A DNA stretch of 64,000 nt from an uncultured Bacteroidota bacterium (GCA_963700635.1 CAVOYH010000004.1:288001-352000), one strand, 5' to 3'; shown: positions 18,780 to 29,026, counted from the stretch's first letter. Translations and numbers: made by a program. Notes: generated by a model from the sequence alone, not told the origin.

Positions 18780-18870
18780 GATGGAATCTCCTCTCTGGAT
18801 GTATTTTCGATGTACGTGAAAATTGCCACACAAGTTGCATCTCGCGCAGATTTTCGAGAAACTACGCGCC

Positions 18871-19428
18871 ATGTCGAATCTCGAGATACTTCTCCTCGCC
18901 CTGGCATTGTCGATTGACGCATTCGCCGTATCACTTTCTGTGGCCGCGACAGGCAGGATTCAGGATGGGCGCGCGACGTTCCGTCTGTCGTTCCATTTTG
19001 GGTTGTTCCAGTTTATGATGCCGGTGCTCGGATGGACTGCAGGCCTCAGCCTCGCGCCCTTCGTCGTGCCATTTGATCACTGGATAGCGTTTGTGCTCCT
19101 GTTATACGTGGCGGCCCGGATGATCCGTGCGTCTTTTGTTTCAACACACGCAGAAATATCGGGCGATCCGTCACGCGGTCTCACCCTGATGGCACTGGCT
19201 GTCGTGACGAGTATTGATGCCCTGGCTGCAGGGCTCAGTCTGGCCATACTGGGCACCGACATCTGGTGGCCGAGCCTGGTGATCGGCATGGTGACGGGAG
19301 CAGTATCTCTTCTTGCCATCCGGCTGGGCCGCCGTCTGAATACTATCATTGGAAAACGTGCCGATCTTGTGGGGGGGCTCTTGCTCGTCTTCCTCGCCTT
19401 CCACGTACTACTCTCGCACGTACCGTAA
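18871..19428 (+). CDS. mntP: Manganese efflux pump MntP
   Basis: ALALSIDAFAVS, FGLFQFMMP..GW, DHWIAF.LL and TSIDALAAG twin motifs. Confidence 0.9.
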   Translation: MSNLEILLLALALSIDAFAVSLSVAATGRIQDGRATFRLSFHFGLFQFMMPVLGWTAGLSLAPFVVPFDHWIAFVLLLYVAARMIRASFVSTHAEISGDPSRGLTLMALAVVTSIDALAAGLSLAILGTDIWWPSLVIGMVTGAVSLLAIRLGRRLNTIIGKRADLVGGLLLVFLAFHVLLSHVP

Positions 19429-19450
19429 TCGTCTGGTCTGACTGGAGTCC

Positions 19451-21868
19451 TCACATTTGACGACTCATTTTTTTACCGTAGCGTTCCATGGCGACTGCCA
19501 GTATCCCGAACTGATCGGTGAGGAGCCCCTCGTAACCGCACGGCCAACCATCCCAGCTCCGCCCGTCGATGCCCGATTTGGCACCCCCGAACAGCTCGGC
19601 ATTGGCGAAACCCGTACAGATCCGCAGAAGGACTTCATCAGCTTCTGCGATCATGCCCACCCGGTACATCGCTGTGACGACATGGCGGGTTTGCGCCGTG
19701 GTCAAACCGCCGTTCCCATAATACCCGAACGGAAACCCGTGCTGGATTTCCGACAGGTCATGATCAGGGATGGGCCAGAGACTCGCCGGCATTCCCCACT
19801 GATAGGGCAGCTGAAGACGGTTTGCCTCTTCCCATATGCGCCGCATCATCTCCCGCCCGGGATCCACATCGACGACGCCGCTTGCCACTGCCGCTCCGTT
19901 GATTGTGATAAACGCATGGTCATGCAACTGGTTATTTTTGCATCGCCATCCTGCCAGCCAGCCCGTGGCGGGGTTAAAAAACGCCGGCAGGTAATTCGTT
20001 TTCAGGCGGTCAGCCCATGCATCAAGACCTTCCGCCATATCCGCATGATGCAGCGGTGGAAGCACGCGAGCCAGTTTCTTCAACGCTGCGTACAACAACG
20101 CATTCGAGAAGGTGCATTTCCAGCCGAATGAAATAACGTCGTAGAAGCATGTTGCCCACTGATACTCTCCGCTCCTACCGAGCCGGTAGTTGCTCTCCAC
20201 GATGCCATCGTCGTCCACATCCCTTTTTTTCATTGCGACCAGCTGCGCATTCAGCTGAGGTCCAAAACGAGAGAGCCATTCTTCGGTTCCGCTGTGTTCC
20301 AGAAAATCGGCGATGCCGAGCAGGCCGGCGGTGCCGGTCATGATGTATTCATCCTCGGCCAGGTGAGGAGCGCCGGTTCCCAGCAAGCCCCCGCTCGCGT
20401 AGCCCGGTCCGCCATCAAGCCACCGCTCGATGGAATCACGGAGCAGATCAACAGCCGAGAGGCCGGTGACAAGCTGGCCGATCCGCGTCGCCAATGCCGA
20501 CCAGTTGTCCATGCAGAGCGGACAATGCATGGAATTCCCGTTGTTGCTCAATGTTCCTGTGTCAGGGCGGTAGGAAAGTGATGTGACAGTGCATCGCTGG
20601 ACGGCGCGCACGATATCGTGCGGTGTACCGGCAGAGAGCGGGGGACCAAACTGGCGAACGGCAAATGTGAATGTGGCCTCGTGTTTCCCTGAGAGAAGGA
20701 GATAATCACCTTCCGGCTGGGGGATTTCGCCGAGTTTTGCCTGGTGCAGGGCAAGGTCGGCGGGACGAATGGCGTCTGATCGCCAGAGTGATGTGTTGGC
20801 GGTGGACTGGATCTCAAAACTGCCGAACCCCGGTGCATGGAAGATGACCGGAAGTGCCATGGTCCCGGACTCTCCGTTTCGCGTAATCGGGCCGAGTGCG
20901 GTGGTCGCCGACGCACGGGCATCAAGGCCGATCGTCCAGGCGCTGCTGTCCCATGCCCGGATTTCCGTGTCGCCGGTGCGCGAGAGGTGAAGGAGAAGCC
21001 GGTCCTCGAAAACCTCCCACCGGGCAATGTAGTGCTGACCGTGAACCTCGGTTTGCACGTCATAGGTGATACAATTTCCCTTTACCTTTGTTGTCCCCTG
21101 TACCGCATAGCGGATTGAGGATGCCATTGTCGGACCGGTTCCCACCGGGTGCAAGAAAAATCCCTGCACAGATACTCCGGGGCTCATGCGGAGGAGATTG
21201 GTTCCCGTCCGGCCCTCTCCTTCATCATCGATACTGAGGTGTGATAACCCTGCGCGGCGGAGACAGAATCCCACATCCAGGTAGCGGGTGCGGTATCGGA
21301 CTTCGCCGTTGGCATGGCTCACGCGCACACCGGGTAGTGTCGGGGAAAGATCGATGGCATCGACGTGGAGTGCACGCTCACCTCGGAGTTGAGGCGCGTC
21401 AGGTGGGTCACCGTCGAGGACCATGCCACCCGCGCAGAGGTTCCAGGAAGGCCACCACGGGTCCGAAACACATTCGCGGATCTCAAAAAGCGCGGCACTT
21501 GTTTCGATGCCGTTCAGGTTTATCCAGTGAATCTGATCGCCTTCCGGCCTGGGCAGATTCGTCTCATGAAGGTGCACACCCCATCGTGTACCGTCCCAGA
21601 TCAGGATGCGCAGGGCTTTTACCCAGTCATGTTCCACATGGCTGCCGCACTTATGATAACCGAGGGAGCGGCGGAGTCCGAGTCGCCTCAATCGGGCTGG
21701 TGCATGGAGCTGAAGGGTACGGCTGTGAATAATCCGGTGTGCGGGTGCCGTTGATTCGTTTTTCAGGGGAGTCGTCCAGACGGCCCTGCATGTAGAAACT
21801 CCGGGGCGTATTCCCAGGTCGCCTGCAGGGGGTTCAAGCCCCTGGAGGCGGAAGAGATCGTGTTTCAA
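19451..21868 (-). CDS. Hypothetical protein with a C-terminal six-hairpin glycosidase-like (alpha/alpha)6 domain
   Basis: 805-aa ORF. The C-terminal RDVDDDGIVES, YDVISFG...SNALLYAAL..LA, FFNPATGW and YYGNGG segments resemble GH116/GH63/amylo-1,6-glucosidase barrels. The N-terminal half is unrecognised. Confidence 0.6.
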   Translation of the reverse strand: MKHDLFRLQGLEPPAGDLGIRPGVSTCRAVWTTPLKNESTAPAHRIIHSRTLQLHAPARLRRLGLRRSLGYHKCGSHVEHDWVKALRILIWDGTRWGVHLHETNLPRPEGDQIHWINLNGIETSAALFEIRECVSDPWWPSWNLCAGGMVLDGDPPDAPQLRGERALHVDAIDLSPTLPGVRVSHANGEVRYRTRYLDVGFCLRRAGLSHLSIDDEGEGRTGTNLLRMSPGVSVQGFFLHPVGTGPTMASSIRYAVQGTTKVKGNCITYDVQTEVHGQHYIARWEVFEDRLLLHLSRTGDTEIRAWDSSAWTIGLDARASATTALGPITRNGESGTMALPVIFHAPGFGSFEIQSTANTSLWRSDAIRPADLALHQAKLGEIPQPEGDYLLLSGKHEATFTFAVRQFGPPLSAGTPHDIVRAVQRCTVTSLSYRPDTGTLSNNGNSMHCPLCMDNWSALATRIGQLVTGLSAVDLLRDSIERWLDGGPGYASGGLLGTGAPHLAEDEYIMTGTAGLLGIADFLEHSGTEEWLSRFGPQLNAQLVAMKKRDVDDDGIVESNYRLGRSGEYQWATCFYDVISFGWKCTFSNALLYAALKKLARVLPPLHHADMAEGLDAWADRLKTNYLPAFFNPATGWLAGWRCKNNQLHDHAFITINGAAVASGVVDVDPGREMMRRIWEEANRLQLPYQWGMPASLWPIPDHDLSEIQHGFPFGYYGNGGLTTAQTRHVVTAMYRVGMIAEADEVLLRICTGFANAELFGGAKSGIDGRSWDGWPCGYEGLLTDQFGILAVAMERYGKKMSRQM

Positions 21869-21974
21869 ATATGGTCCTCAGTTTATAGAGTGAAATGGAC
21901 TCATTATACCTTGATCGGCACCAAGAAGCAACGTCGGGAGATGGGGATTTTCCCGCCCCGGAGAAGAAAACCCC

Positions 21975-22003
21975 TTGCACAAGCCGTAGTGATGTACTAT
22001 ATT
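21975..22003 (+). promoter_or_regulatory. sigma70-type promoter for the Yip1 gene
   Basis: TTGCAC (21975-21980), 17 bp, TATATT (21998-22003). Confidence 0.6.
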
Positions 22004-22176
22004 AGCACGACTTGCCGATAGTTCCTTTCCTACGTCTCTTCCGGGGCCTTCCATGCGTGCCAGCATTGTGGTGATTGCCTTAAGGCGTATGACCCACTCG
22101 ATCCACGCAGATGGTTTTTGTTTCTTCAGGGGACTAAAATCTTCCACCAGTACCACACATCTCTTCAGGAGGTAGT

Positions 22177-22770
22177 ATGAATCTTGTTGATCGCGCGAAG
22201 AACATCATCATGACGCCAAAGACAGAGTGGGCTGCCATTGCGGCGGAACAGCCTAACGCCGGTGCGATCATGACGGGGTATGTGATCCCGCTGGCTCTTA
22301 TACCCGCAGTGGCGATGGTCATCGGACACGGTTTCATCGGCGGGACCATGTTCTCATCCGTCACCTGGGGCATAGGGATGGGGGCGGTGTCATTCGTATC
22401 CACCGTGATCGGCGTGTATCTGACCGCTCTGGTGATGAACTTTCTCGCTCCTAATTTCGGGTCGGAGAAAAATTTCGGCCGCGCCATGCAGACAGTAGCG
22501 TATGCGTATACGCCCGCCTGGATTGCCGGAATCCTGAACATACTTCCTGTGATCGGATGGCTCGGGTCTTTACTCGGGTTGTACGGCCTGTACCTGATGT
22601 ATCTCGGGCTTCCACATACCATGAAGACGCCGGCAGACAAGGTAGTTCTTTATCTCGTCGTCACCATCATTGTCCTCGTGATTATTTATGCGATCCTGGG
22701 TGCCATCATGACCGCCATCATGTTCGCCATTCTGGGATTTGGTGCCATGGGGATGATGCAGTCGATGTAA
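22177..22770 (+). CDS. Yip1 family membrane protein
   Basis: RAKNIIMTPKTEW..I, LAPNFG, AYAYTPAWIAG and YGLYLMYLGL motifs with five TM segments. SD AGGAGGT. Confidence 0.9.
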   Translation: MNLVDRAKNIIMTPKTEWAAIAAEQPNAGAIMTGYVIPLALIPAVAMVIGHGFIGGTMFSSVTWGIGMGAVSFVSTVIGVYLTALVMNFLAPNFGSEKNFGRAMQTVAYAYTPAWIAGILNILPVIGWLGSLLGLYGLYLMYLGLPHTMKTPADKVVLYLVVTIIVLVIIYAILGAIMTAIMFAILGFGAMGMMQSM

Positions 22771-22802
22771 TTGATGATTGTCGGACGTAGTGTTTGATCG
22801 TG

Positions 22803-22838
22803 CGGGGCCTCCCGAGGGAGGCCCCGTTCCTTTTTTTT
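22803..22838 (+). terminator. Rho-independent terminator
   Basis: CGGGGCCTCCC-GA-GGGAGGCCCCG inverted repeat followed by a T8 tract. Confidence 0.85.
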
Positions 22839-22870
22839 GCTTGTCAGCCCTCTTTTTTATACATTGGGCC

Positions 22871-23412
22871 ATGAAAATCTACACGAAAACGGGTGATAAA
22901 GGCGATACTTCTCTCTTTGGCGGGCAGCGTGTCCCTAAAGACGCTTTACGGATCGAAGCCTACGGGACGGTCGACGAGCTGAACTCCGTTCTGGGCATCG
23001 TTCGTGCCGAAGGTCCCGCCCGTGAACTGGATGCGGTGCTCGGGACCATACAGGATCACCTGTTTGTCCTGGGGGCTGATCTGGCGACGCCGCGCTCCCT
23101 CGAGAAGAAGGGCAGCCGGCGGATCGGAGCAAAAGAGACGGAGTATATTGAACACCAGATTGATCGTTTTGACGCAGAGCTTCAACCTCTCAACTCTTTT
23201 ATCCTTCCCGGGGCTCGCCCGGCGCTGCCCGTATCCACTTTGCACGAACCGTCTGCCGGCGCGCCGAACGTGTTATTGTCCGGCTCTCACGTCAAGAAGA
23301 TATCGGCGATGATTGTATGGTGTATTTGAACCGGCTCTCCGACCTGTTATTTGTTCTTGCCCGCTTTTCCAACCATAATGCTAACGTCCCCGAGGTACAG
23401 TGGAAATCTTGA
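22871..23412 (+). pseudogene. pduO: ATP:cob(I)alamin adenosyltransferase (PduO type), -1 frameshift at about 23210
   Basis: MKIYTKTGDKG.T.L.GG.RV.K, YGTVDELNS and FILPG. Adding one G to CCCGGGGCTCG restores [25 protein letters not shown]...YLNRLSDLLFVLAR...W, with TGA at 23410-23412. Likely a homopolymer error. Confidence 0.88.
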
Positions 23413-23432
23413 ACGCAACCCGGCTATTCCGG

Positions 23433-25769
23433 ATGCGTATGAGAAGGTATATGTTGATCGGCCTGCCCGGTACTTTGATCACCCTCATCCTGATGTGCTG
23501 GCCCGCGACCGCACCCGCGGAATCCGGATTTTCGGGCTCGAATGCCTACGCCATTTTGAAGGTCCTTGCCCAGGACATCGGTCCCCGTCCGATGGGCTCT
23601 CCCGCTGAACAACGCGCTCTGGCCTTTGCCGTAAGCACGTTCGCCGCGTACGGCTGCGACACCGCCTACATCATGCCGATGCGTTCCCCCGGAGGGGTGA
23701 ATACAACAAGCGGTGTAGCGATCGGCATTCTGCGCGGGGCAACAGAGCGGAGTATTGTCATCGGAGGCCATATTGACTCCTCGGGTCCCGATATCCCCGG
23801 GGCCAATGATGACGGATCCGGCTCAGCATGTGTTATGGAGCTTGCACGCGTCCTCGCGAAGCGGGAGCTCCAGTCCACGATTGTATTTGTCTGTTTCGGG
23901 GGGGAAGAAGAAGGCCTTCTCGGCAGCAAATATTTTGTTGACAACTTCCAGAAGATCGATAGTGTGGTCTTGATGCTTCAGATTGACATGGCCGACGGCT
24001 CATCGTTCCTGGAACTGGATCCGGATGCGCCGGATCAGGTCAGCGCGCCGCGCTGGCTCGTGGAAGCGGCGGTCCATGAATACTATTCAACGCTCGGGTA
24101 TTCGGATCTCCGGTATCTGACAAACGGCTCGACGCTGAATGCCTCGACGCCGGGCGCAACGGGTTCGGATCACATTCCATTTCTTGAAAAGGGAATTCCC
24201 GCCCTCGACTTCACGTCCGATATCGCGTATCCGATTCACACGCCGCTGGACAACCTTGCAGCGTTCGACAGTGCAGGGCTTGCCCGTTCGGGGAATCTTG
24301 TTCTTAAACTGGTGGAACGTTTTGATAAGGGGGTCCCATCCCGGAGCACCGAGAAATACTATCTGCTGCAGTGGGATGAGAACCTGTTCTTTATCACCCA
24401 TCAGATGCTGCTCGTGTTCGTCGGACTGGCGTTCGCCATTTCCATTATGGCGTTTGTGTCACTCCGGCGCCGCCGGCTGCAGGACCGCACGGCGGAACCG
24501 CGCTATTCCGGATTGAAGCTCGCACTTTTTGTTGTAATTGTGCAGGTGTTCGTCTGGGTTCCTGAAACTCTGATAGGACTGCTCAAAGGGTATCGCTTCC
24601 CCTGGGTGAACGGTTTTGGGTGGTACGCACTGTTTGCCCTCTTTACGGCACTCGCGGGTATCTGGATTGTTCTCCGTCTCGCTTCCCGGTGGCGCCTGGG
24701 GAGTGATCCGTTTCCGTACTTTGTCAGGTTCTTTATTCTTATGGTCGGCGGCGTGTTCGGTACCGTGCTGATTAATCCTGAAATCGGGTTGTACGCAGCC
24801 TGGCCATTATTCTGGATCTCTCTCGCCGTCCTTCTGCGTCCGGTATGGGTGAAGGGTCTGTTGTTTCTGCTGGCGGCATATCTTCCTCTCCGCCTGGTGT
24901 TCATCGAACCCCTGGTTCTCATTCAGCGAGGGTTTGCTGCGTCCTTGTATGATGGCGTGATTCGCGATGGATTGACGGATCTGTTTTTTGTGGCAGTGTT
25001 TGCTCTTCTTTCGGTGCCGTTCGTCTACGGTCTTGCTTCGCTCTACAGATCTTCCGGGCAGGATCTTTTCCTTCTGAAGCGGTTCAGGGGAGTCCGCACT
25101 GTCGGTCCTGTTGTGGCAGGTATTGTCGTACTGGGTGCTTACCTTCTCACGTTGCCGGTCTACGATGGTTTCTGGATGCAGAATGTGCGCGTTGAAGAAC
25201 GTTATGTGATGGGCGAAGATTCAAGCACAGTAACACTCAAGGGGTCTGAAGGCGTCGACGAAATCTCCGTGTTTGTCAATGGAAATGAACAGGCGATTGA
25301 ACCCGGGACGAGCATATACAAAAAGAACTTCACACCACCGTCCGCATCAGCGTGGTTAGCGTATGACCAGACCACCGCGGTCCTTCCCGATTCAGCGCGC
25401 CCCGATTCTCTGGTTCGTGTCGACCGCGTGATCGATCTGGACAGCCGTGTGCGGCCGCTGAGCATCCAGGTCCGTTATCAATCCGATCAACCCATGACTG
25501 TAACATCGCCCTGGGCCTTTGGCAGCCGTCGGAGGGGCGCAGGGAAGTCGGACCGTACTGCCACACTCAGCTGGTACGCATTTCCCGAGATGCCGCTCCG
25601 GATTCCGGTCCGCCTGCAGGTGCGCCGTGGACAGAGCGTAACGGAATCAGTTGAGGCGACATATGACACGCTTGTCGCGCCTGTACGGGCCACGGCTCCG
25701 CTGAGTATTGTCCGGAGTCGCTTGACCATCGCCCGTCATGACACGCTCCGGGTTCCCGGTGGAGAGTGA
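23433..25769 (+). CDS. M28 family metallopeptidase with multi-TM region and C-terminal soluble domain (ERMP1/PFF1-like architecture)
   Basis: GPRPMGS, GGHIDS, GANDDGSG, GGEEEGLLGS, IDM, SDH.PF and IHTPLD zinc-site motifs, then about 8-9 TM helices. The exact start (23400-23451) is uncertain. Confidence 0.85.
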   Translation: MRMRRYMLIGLPGTLITLILMCWPATAPAESGFSGSNAYAILKVLAQDIGPRPMGSPAEQRALAFAVSTFAAYGCDTAYIMPMRSPGGVNTTSGVAIGILRGATERSIVIGGHIDSSGPDIPGANDDGSGSACVMELARVLAKRELQSTIVFVCFGGEEEGLLGSKYFVDNFQKIDSVVLMLQIDMADGSSFLELDPDAPDQVSAPRWLVEAAVHEYYSTLGYSDLRYLTNGSTLNASTPGATGSDHIPFLEKGIPALDFTSDIAYPIHTPLDNLAAFDSAGLARSGNLVLKLVERFDKGVPSRSTEKYYLLQWDENLFFITHQMLLVFVGLAFAISIMAFVSLRRRRLQDRTAEPRYSGLKLALFVVIVQVFVWVPETLIGLLKGYRFPWVNGFGWYALFALFTALAGIWIVLRLASRWRLGSDPFPYFVRFFILMVGGVFGTVLINPEIGLYAAWPLFWISLAVLLRPVWVKGLLFLLAAYLPLRLVFIEPLVLIQRGFAASLYDGVIRDGLTDLFFVAVFALLSVPFVYGLASLYRSSGQDLFLLKRFRGVRTVGPVVAGIVVLGAYLLTLPVYDGFWMQNVRVEERYVMGEDSSTVTLKGSEGVDEISVFVNGNEQAIEPGTSIYKKNFTPPSASAWLAYDQTTAVLPDSARPDSLVRVDRVIDLDSRVRPLSIQVRYQSDQPMTVTSPWAFGSRRRGAGKSDRTATLSWYAFPEMPLRIPVRLQVRRGQSVTESVEATYDTLVAPVRATAPLSIVRSRLTIARHDTLRVPGGE

Positions 25770-25770
25770 T

Positions 25771-26565
25771 GTGTATGCTGTAAACCCCCGACGACCCCCG
25801 GATAACGGCGCAATCCTCGTCGTCGAAGGGCTGCGCAAATCCTACGACACGCTCGTTGCAGTCGACGGGATCACCTTCTCTGTGTCACGTCAGGAGATCT
25901 TTGGTATCCTTGGCCCGAATGGTGCGGGCAAGACGACCACGCTCGAAATGATTGAGACTCTTCGTCCGATGGACGAAGGCAACATCACGCTCAACGGCAT
26001 TGATGTCCGGCGTTCGCCGCAAGAGATCAAACAGATAATCGGTGTCCAGCTCCAGTCGTCCTCCTTCTTTGACCGTCTCTCGTTGGAGGAATTGCTCATC
26101 CTGTTCGGCGAATTCTACGGCAGGAGCGTGAACGCGTCGGGGCTTCTTGACAAGGTAGATCTTGAAGAAAAGGCAAAGGCGTATCCGGTACATCTATCGG
26201 GCGGACAAAAACAGCGGTTTTCCGTGGCTCTCGCTCTGGTAAACGATCCCATGATGCTGTTCCTTGATGAGCCGACAACGGGGCTGGATCCCCAGGCGCG
26301 CCGGCATCTCTGGGGTGTCATCCGGGGGATCCGGGACGAAGGAAAAACAATAGTGTTGACCACGCACTCGATGGAGGAGGCGGAGGAGCTCTGTGACCGC
26401 GTTGCCATTATGGACCGGGGGCGGCTTGTTGCCATGGATACCCCGCAGGCTCTGGTCCACCGGCTGATCAAGACCGGGTTCACCCGCGAACGGACTCACG
26501 CCATGGCCAATCTGGAGGATGTGTTCCTGTCACTGACGGGTCATTCACTCCGGGATGAAACATGA
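25771..26565 (+). CDS. ABC-2 type exporter ATP-binding subunit
   Basis: Walker A GPNGAGKTT, signature LSGGQKQR, Walker B LFLDEPTTGLD, and H-loop TTH. Confidence 0.93.
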   Translation: MYAVNPRRPPDNGAILVVEGLRKSYDTLVAVDGITFSVSRQEIFGILGPNGAGKTTTLEMIETLRPMDEGNITLNGIDVRRSPQEIKQIIGVQLQSSSFFDRLSLEELLILFGEFYGRSVNASGLLDKVDLEEKAKAYPVHLSGGQKQRFSVALALVNDPMMLFLDEPTTGLDPQARRHLWGVIRGIRDEGKTIVLTTHSMEEAEELCDRVAIMDRGRLVAMDTPQALVHRLIKTGFTRERTHAMANLEDVFLSLTGHSLRDET

Positions 26566-27632
26566 AAAAGACCTGGAAATTGACTCTCGCATCGCTGAAA
26601 ATGTACCTCCGGCAGCGGGAGGTGCTGCTCTGGGCATTCTTCTTTCCGCTTTTGTTGCTGAGCGTGTTCGGGTTTATCAGGTTCGACGGCATCGGCACGC
26701 TCACACTTGGCGTGGTAAACGAGGCAGGGGAACGGGGGCAACCTTTCGTTGATCGACTCCGTGCAATGCAGACCCTGGAACTTTCCGAAGGAACGGGTGC
26801 ATACGAACGGGAGCAATTAGTGAAGGGCGAGCGGGATCTGGTCCTGGTCCTGCCGGAAGGCTGGCCGGATATTGACGGCGGGCGTGTTCTGCTCCTTGCC
26901 GACCGCGAAGCAAAACCGCGCGAGACTCAACTCGGCGCACTTGTGATCCAGCGTGTTCTTGACGAACAGTTGTTTGAGAAGGTGGCCGTTCCTGCCCGGC
27001 TCGTCGTTGACGTACAGCCCGTTGCGACACGTAATCTTACGTATGTAGATTTCCTGCTTCCGGGCATCCTGTCGATGTCGATCATGCAGCTTGGCGTTTT
27101 TGGAGTGGCATTCGGATTTGTGTCACTGAAGCGGCGCGGAGTGCTGTTCCGGCTGAAAGCGACCCCCCTGCGGCCCGCGGATTTTATTGCCGCACAGGTA
27201 ACGAGCAGGATGGTTGTGCTGATTGCACAGATGGTCGTGATGGTGGGATTCGGTGTGCTGGTGCTAAACCTGCATTTTGTCGGGAATGCGTTGCTCCTGC
27301 TGGTGATCGGGGTTCTGGGAGCGGCGATATTTCTGTCTGTGGGTTTTGCCATCGCGGGCATTGCGCGCACAGAAGACCAGGTTCCGCCCCTCGCCAACGT
27401 CGTTTCGTTGCCGATGATAATTCTGTCGGGCGTATTTTTCAGCCGGTCGCATCTGCCGGATTTTGTACGGGTCGTTACCGAGTATCTTCCCCTGACATAT
27501 CTTGCCGATGGATTACGGAGTGTCGCAATCGACGGCGCAGGTGTGTTCGACATCCTGCCCCAGCTTGCCGGTCTGGGAGTCTGGGTACCCGTGAGTATTA
27601 CGCTGGCAGTCTGGCTGTTCAGATGGGAATAG
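26562..27632 (+). CDS. ABC-2 type exporter permease
   Basis: N-terminal TM, extracytoplasmic domain, YVDFLLPGI, LSGVFF and LPLTY motifs, ending FRWE. ATGA overlap with the ATPase gene. Confidence 0.92.
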   Translation: MKKTWKLTLASLKMYLRQREVLLWAFFFPLLLLSVFGFIRFDGIGTLTLGVVNEAGERGQPFVDRLRAMQTLELSEGTGAYEREQLVKGERDLVLVLPEGWPDIDGGRVLLLADREAKPRETQLGALVIQRVLDEQLFEKVAVPARLVVDVQPVATRNLTYVDFLLPGILSMSIMQLGVFGVAFGFVSLKRRGVLFRLKATPLRPADFIAAQVTSRMVVLIAQMVVMVGFGVLVLNLHFVGNALLLLVIGVLGAAIFLSVGFAIAGIARTEDQVPPLANVVSLPMIILSGVFFSRSHLPDFVRVVTEYLPLTYLADGLRSVAIDGAGVFDILPQLAGLGVWVPVSITLAVWLFRWE

Positions 27633-27700
27633 GAATGGGGGGCTGAACATCCCCCGGATCATAATGTGTGGTAATCCGCAAACGTAAAAAAGGAGGCACA

Positions 27701-29020
27701 GTGAAAACCCTGCAAGTAATACTCTTCCTGATGCTGGTGGGCGCACTGGCATTCGGACAGGTGAATATTCGTTTCGAGCAGTACGATCTGCCCAATGGCC
27801 TGCACGTCATCCTGCACCAGGATCGATCTGCGCCGATCGTCTCTCAGGTCGTCGCCTATCATGTCGGGTCGAAGAACGAACTACCGGATCGCACGGGGTT
27901 CGCGCACTTTTTTGAACATCTGATGTTTGAGGGATCACCCAATATCCCCCGGGGCGAATTCTTCAAGATGGTGCAGAATGCCGGAGGAAATCTTAACGCG
28001 TTTACCAGTTTCGACCAGACCGTCTATTTTATTACGGTCCCTTCAAACCAGATCGAGCTGGCGATGTGGATGGAATCCGAACGGATGCTGCAACTCAAGG
28101 TGGATTCGATTGGCGTCGAAACGCAACGGGGTGTCGTCAAGGAAGAACGGAAGCAGTCCCTGGAGAACCGTCCCTATGGGACCATCCTGGAAAAGACCAT
28201 GGCCAGCTCCTTCACGGTGCATCCGTACCGGTGGACACCGATCGGTTCCGTCCAGTACATCGATCAGGCATCGATTGATGAGTTCTACCGCTTCTATAGG
28301 TCGTTCTATGTTCCGGACAATGCCTGTTTGGTTATCGCGGGGGATATTGACCTTCCGCAGACCAAAGCCCTGGTCGCCAAGTACTATGGTGACATTCCCC
28401 GGGGTGCCGGCGATATCTTCCGTCCGAAGGAAGTTGAACCGCCGCAAACTGCCGAGGTGCGTGACACGGTGTATGACAATATCCAGCTTCCGGCAGTTAT
28501 CCTGGCCTATCATATGCCCGCCCAGGGAACAGATGAATCCTATGCGCTGAGTATGCTGACGACGCTCCTCTCGGGAGGTGAGAGTTCACGACTCACCAAG
28601 CGCCTTGTGGACAAGGAAAAACTGGCGCTTGCCGTGCAGTCGATACCACTCAGCCTTGAAGATCCAGGTTTGTTCCTTGCGTTTGCCGTGGCAAATTTCG
28701 GGCGGACTCTCCCCGAAGTGGAGAAGGTGATGCAGGAAGAAATCGAACGGGTCCAGAAGGAACTCATCAGTGAAAAGGAATTCCAGAAGATCCGGAACCA
28801 GCGGGAAACGGAGTTTATCCAGAAGAACTCCACCGTACAGGGCAAAGCGCTTGAGCTGGCGAACTATCACATCTTCTTTGGAGACGCAAACCTGATCAAC
28901 GCGGATCTTGACCGGTTTATGAAGGTCACCCGCCAGGATATCCAGCATGCCGCACAGAAATATCTTCGTGACGAAAGCCGGGCTGTACTCTATTATCTTC
29001 CCAAAGTGCAAGGACAGTAA
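27701..29020 (+). CDS. M16B zinc peptidase, catalytic subunit
   Basis: SD AGGAGG with GTG start, signal peptide, LPNGL, GFAHFFEHLMF (HxxEH), NAFTSFDQTVY and VVKEER. Confidence 0.93.
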   Translation: MKTLQVILFLMLVGALAFGQVNIRFEQYDLPNGLHVILHQDRSAPIVSQVVAYHVGSKNELPDRTGFAHFFEHLMFEGSPNIPRGEFFKMVQNAGGNLNAFTSFDQTVYFITVPSNQIELAMWMESERMLQLKVDSIGVETQRGVVKEERKQSLENRPYGTILEKTMASSFTVHPYRWTPIGSVQYIDQASIDEFYRFYRSFYVPDNACLVIAGDIDLPQTKALVAKYYGDIPRGAGDIFRPKEVEPPQTAEVRDTVYDNIQLPAVILAYHMPAQGTDESYALSMLTTLLSGGESSRLTKRLVDKEKLALAVQSIPLSLEDPGLFLAFAVANFGRTLPEVEKVMQEEIERVQKELISEKEFQKIRNQRETEFIQKNSTVQGKALELANYHIFFGDANLINADLDRFMKVTRQDIQHAAQKYLRDESRAVLYYLPKVQGQ

Positions 29021-29026
29021 GGAACC

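Noticed and set aside
18780-18870. yybP-ykoY manganese riboswitch upstream of mntP
   Set aside because: The divergent intergenic gap is only ~90 bp and shows no recognisable aptamer structure.
22771-22870. Cobalamin riboswitch upstream of pduO
   Set aside because: The space is filled by the Yip1 terminator and no B12-box was seen.
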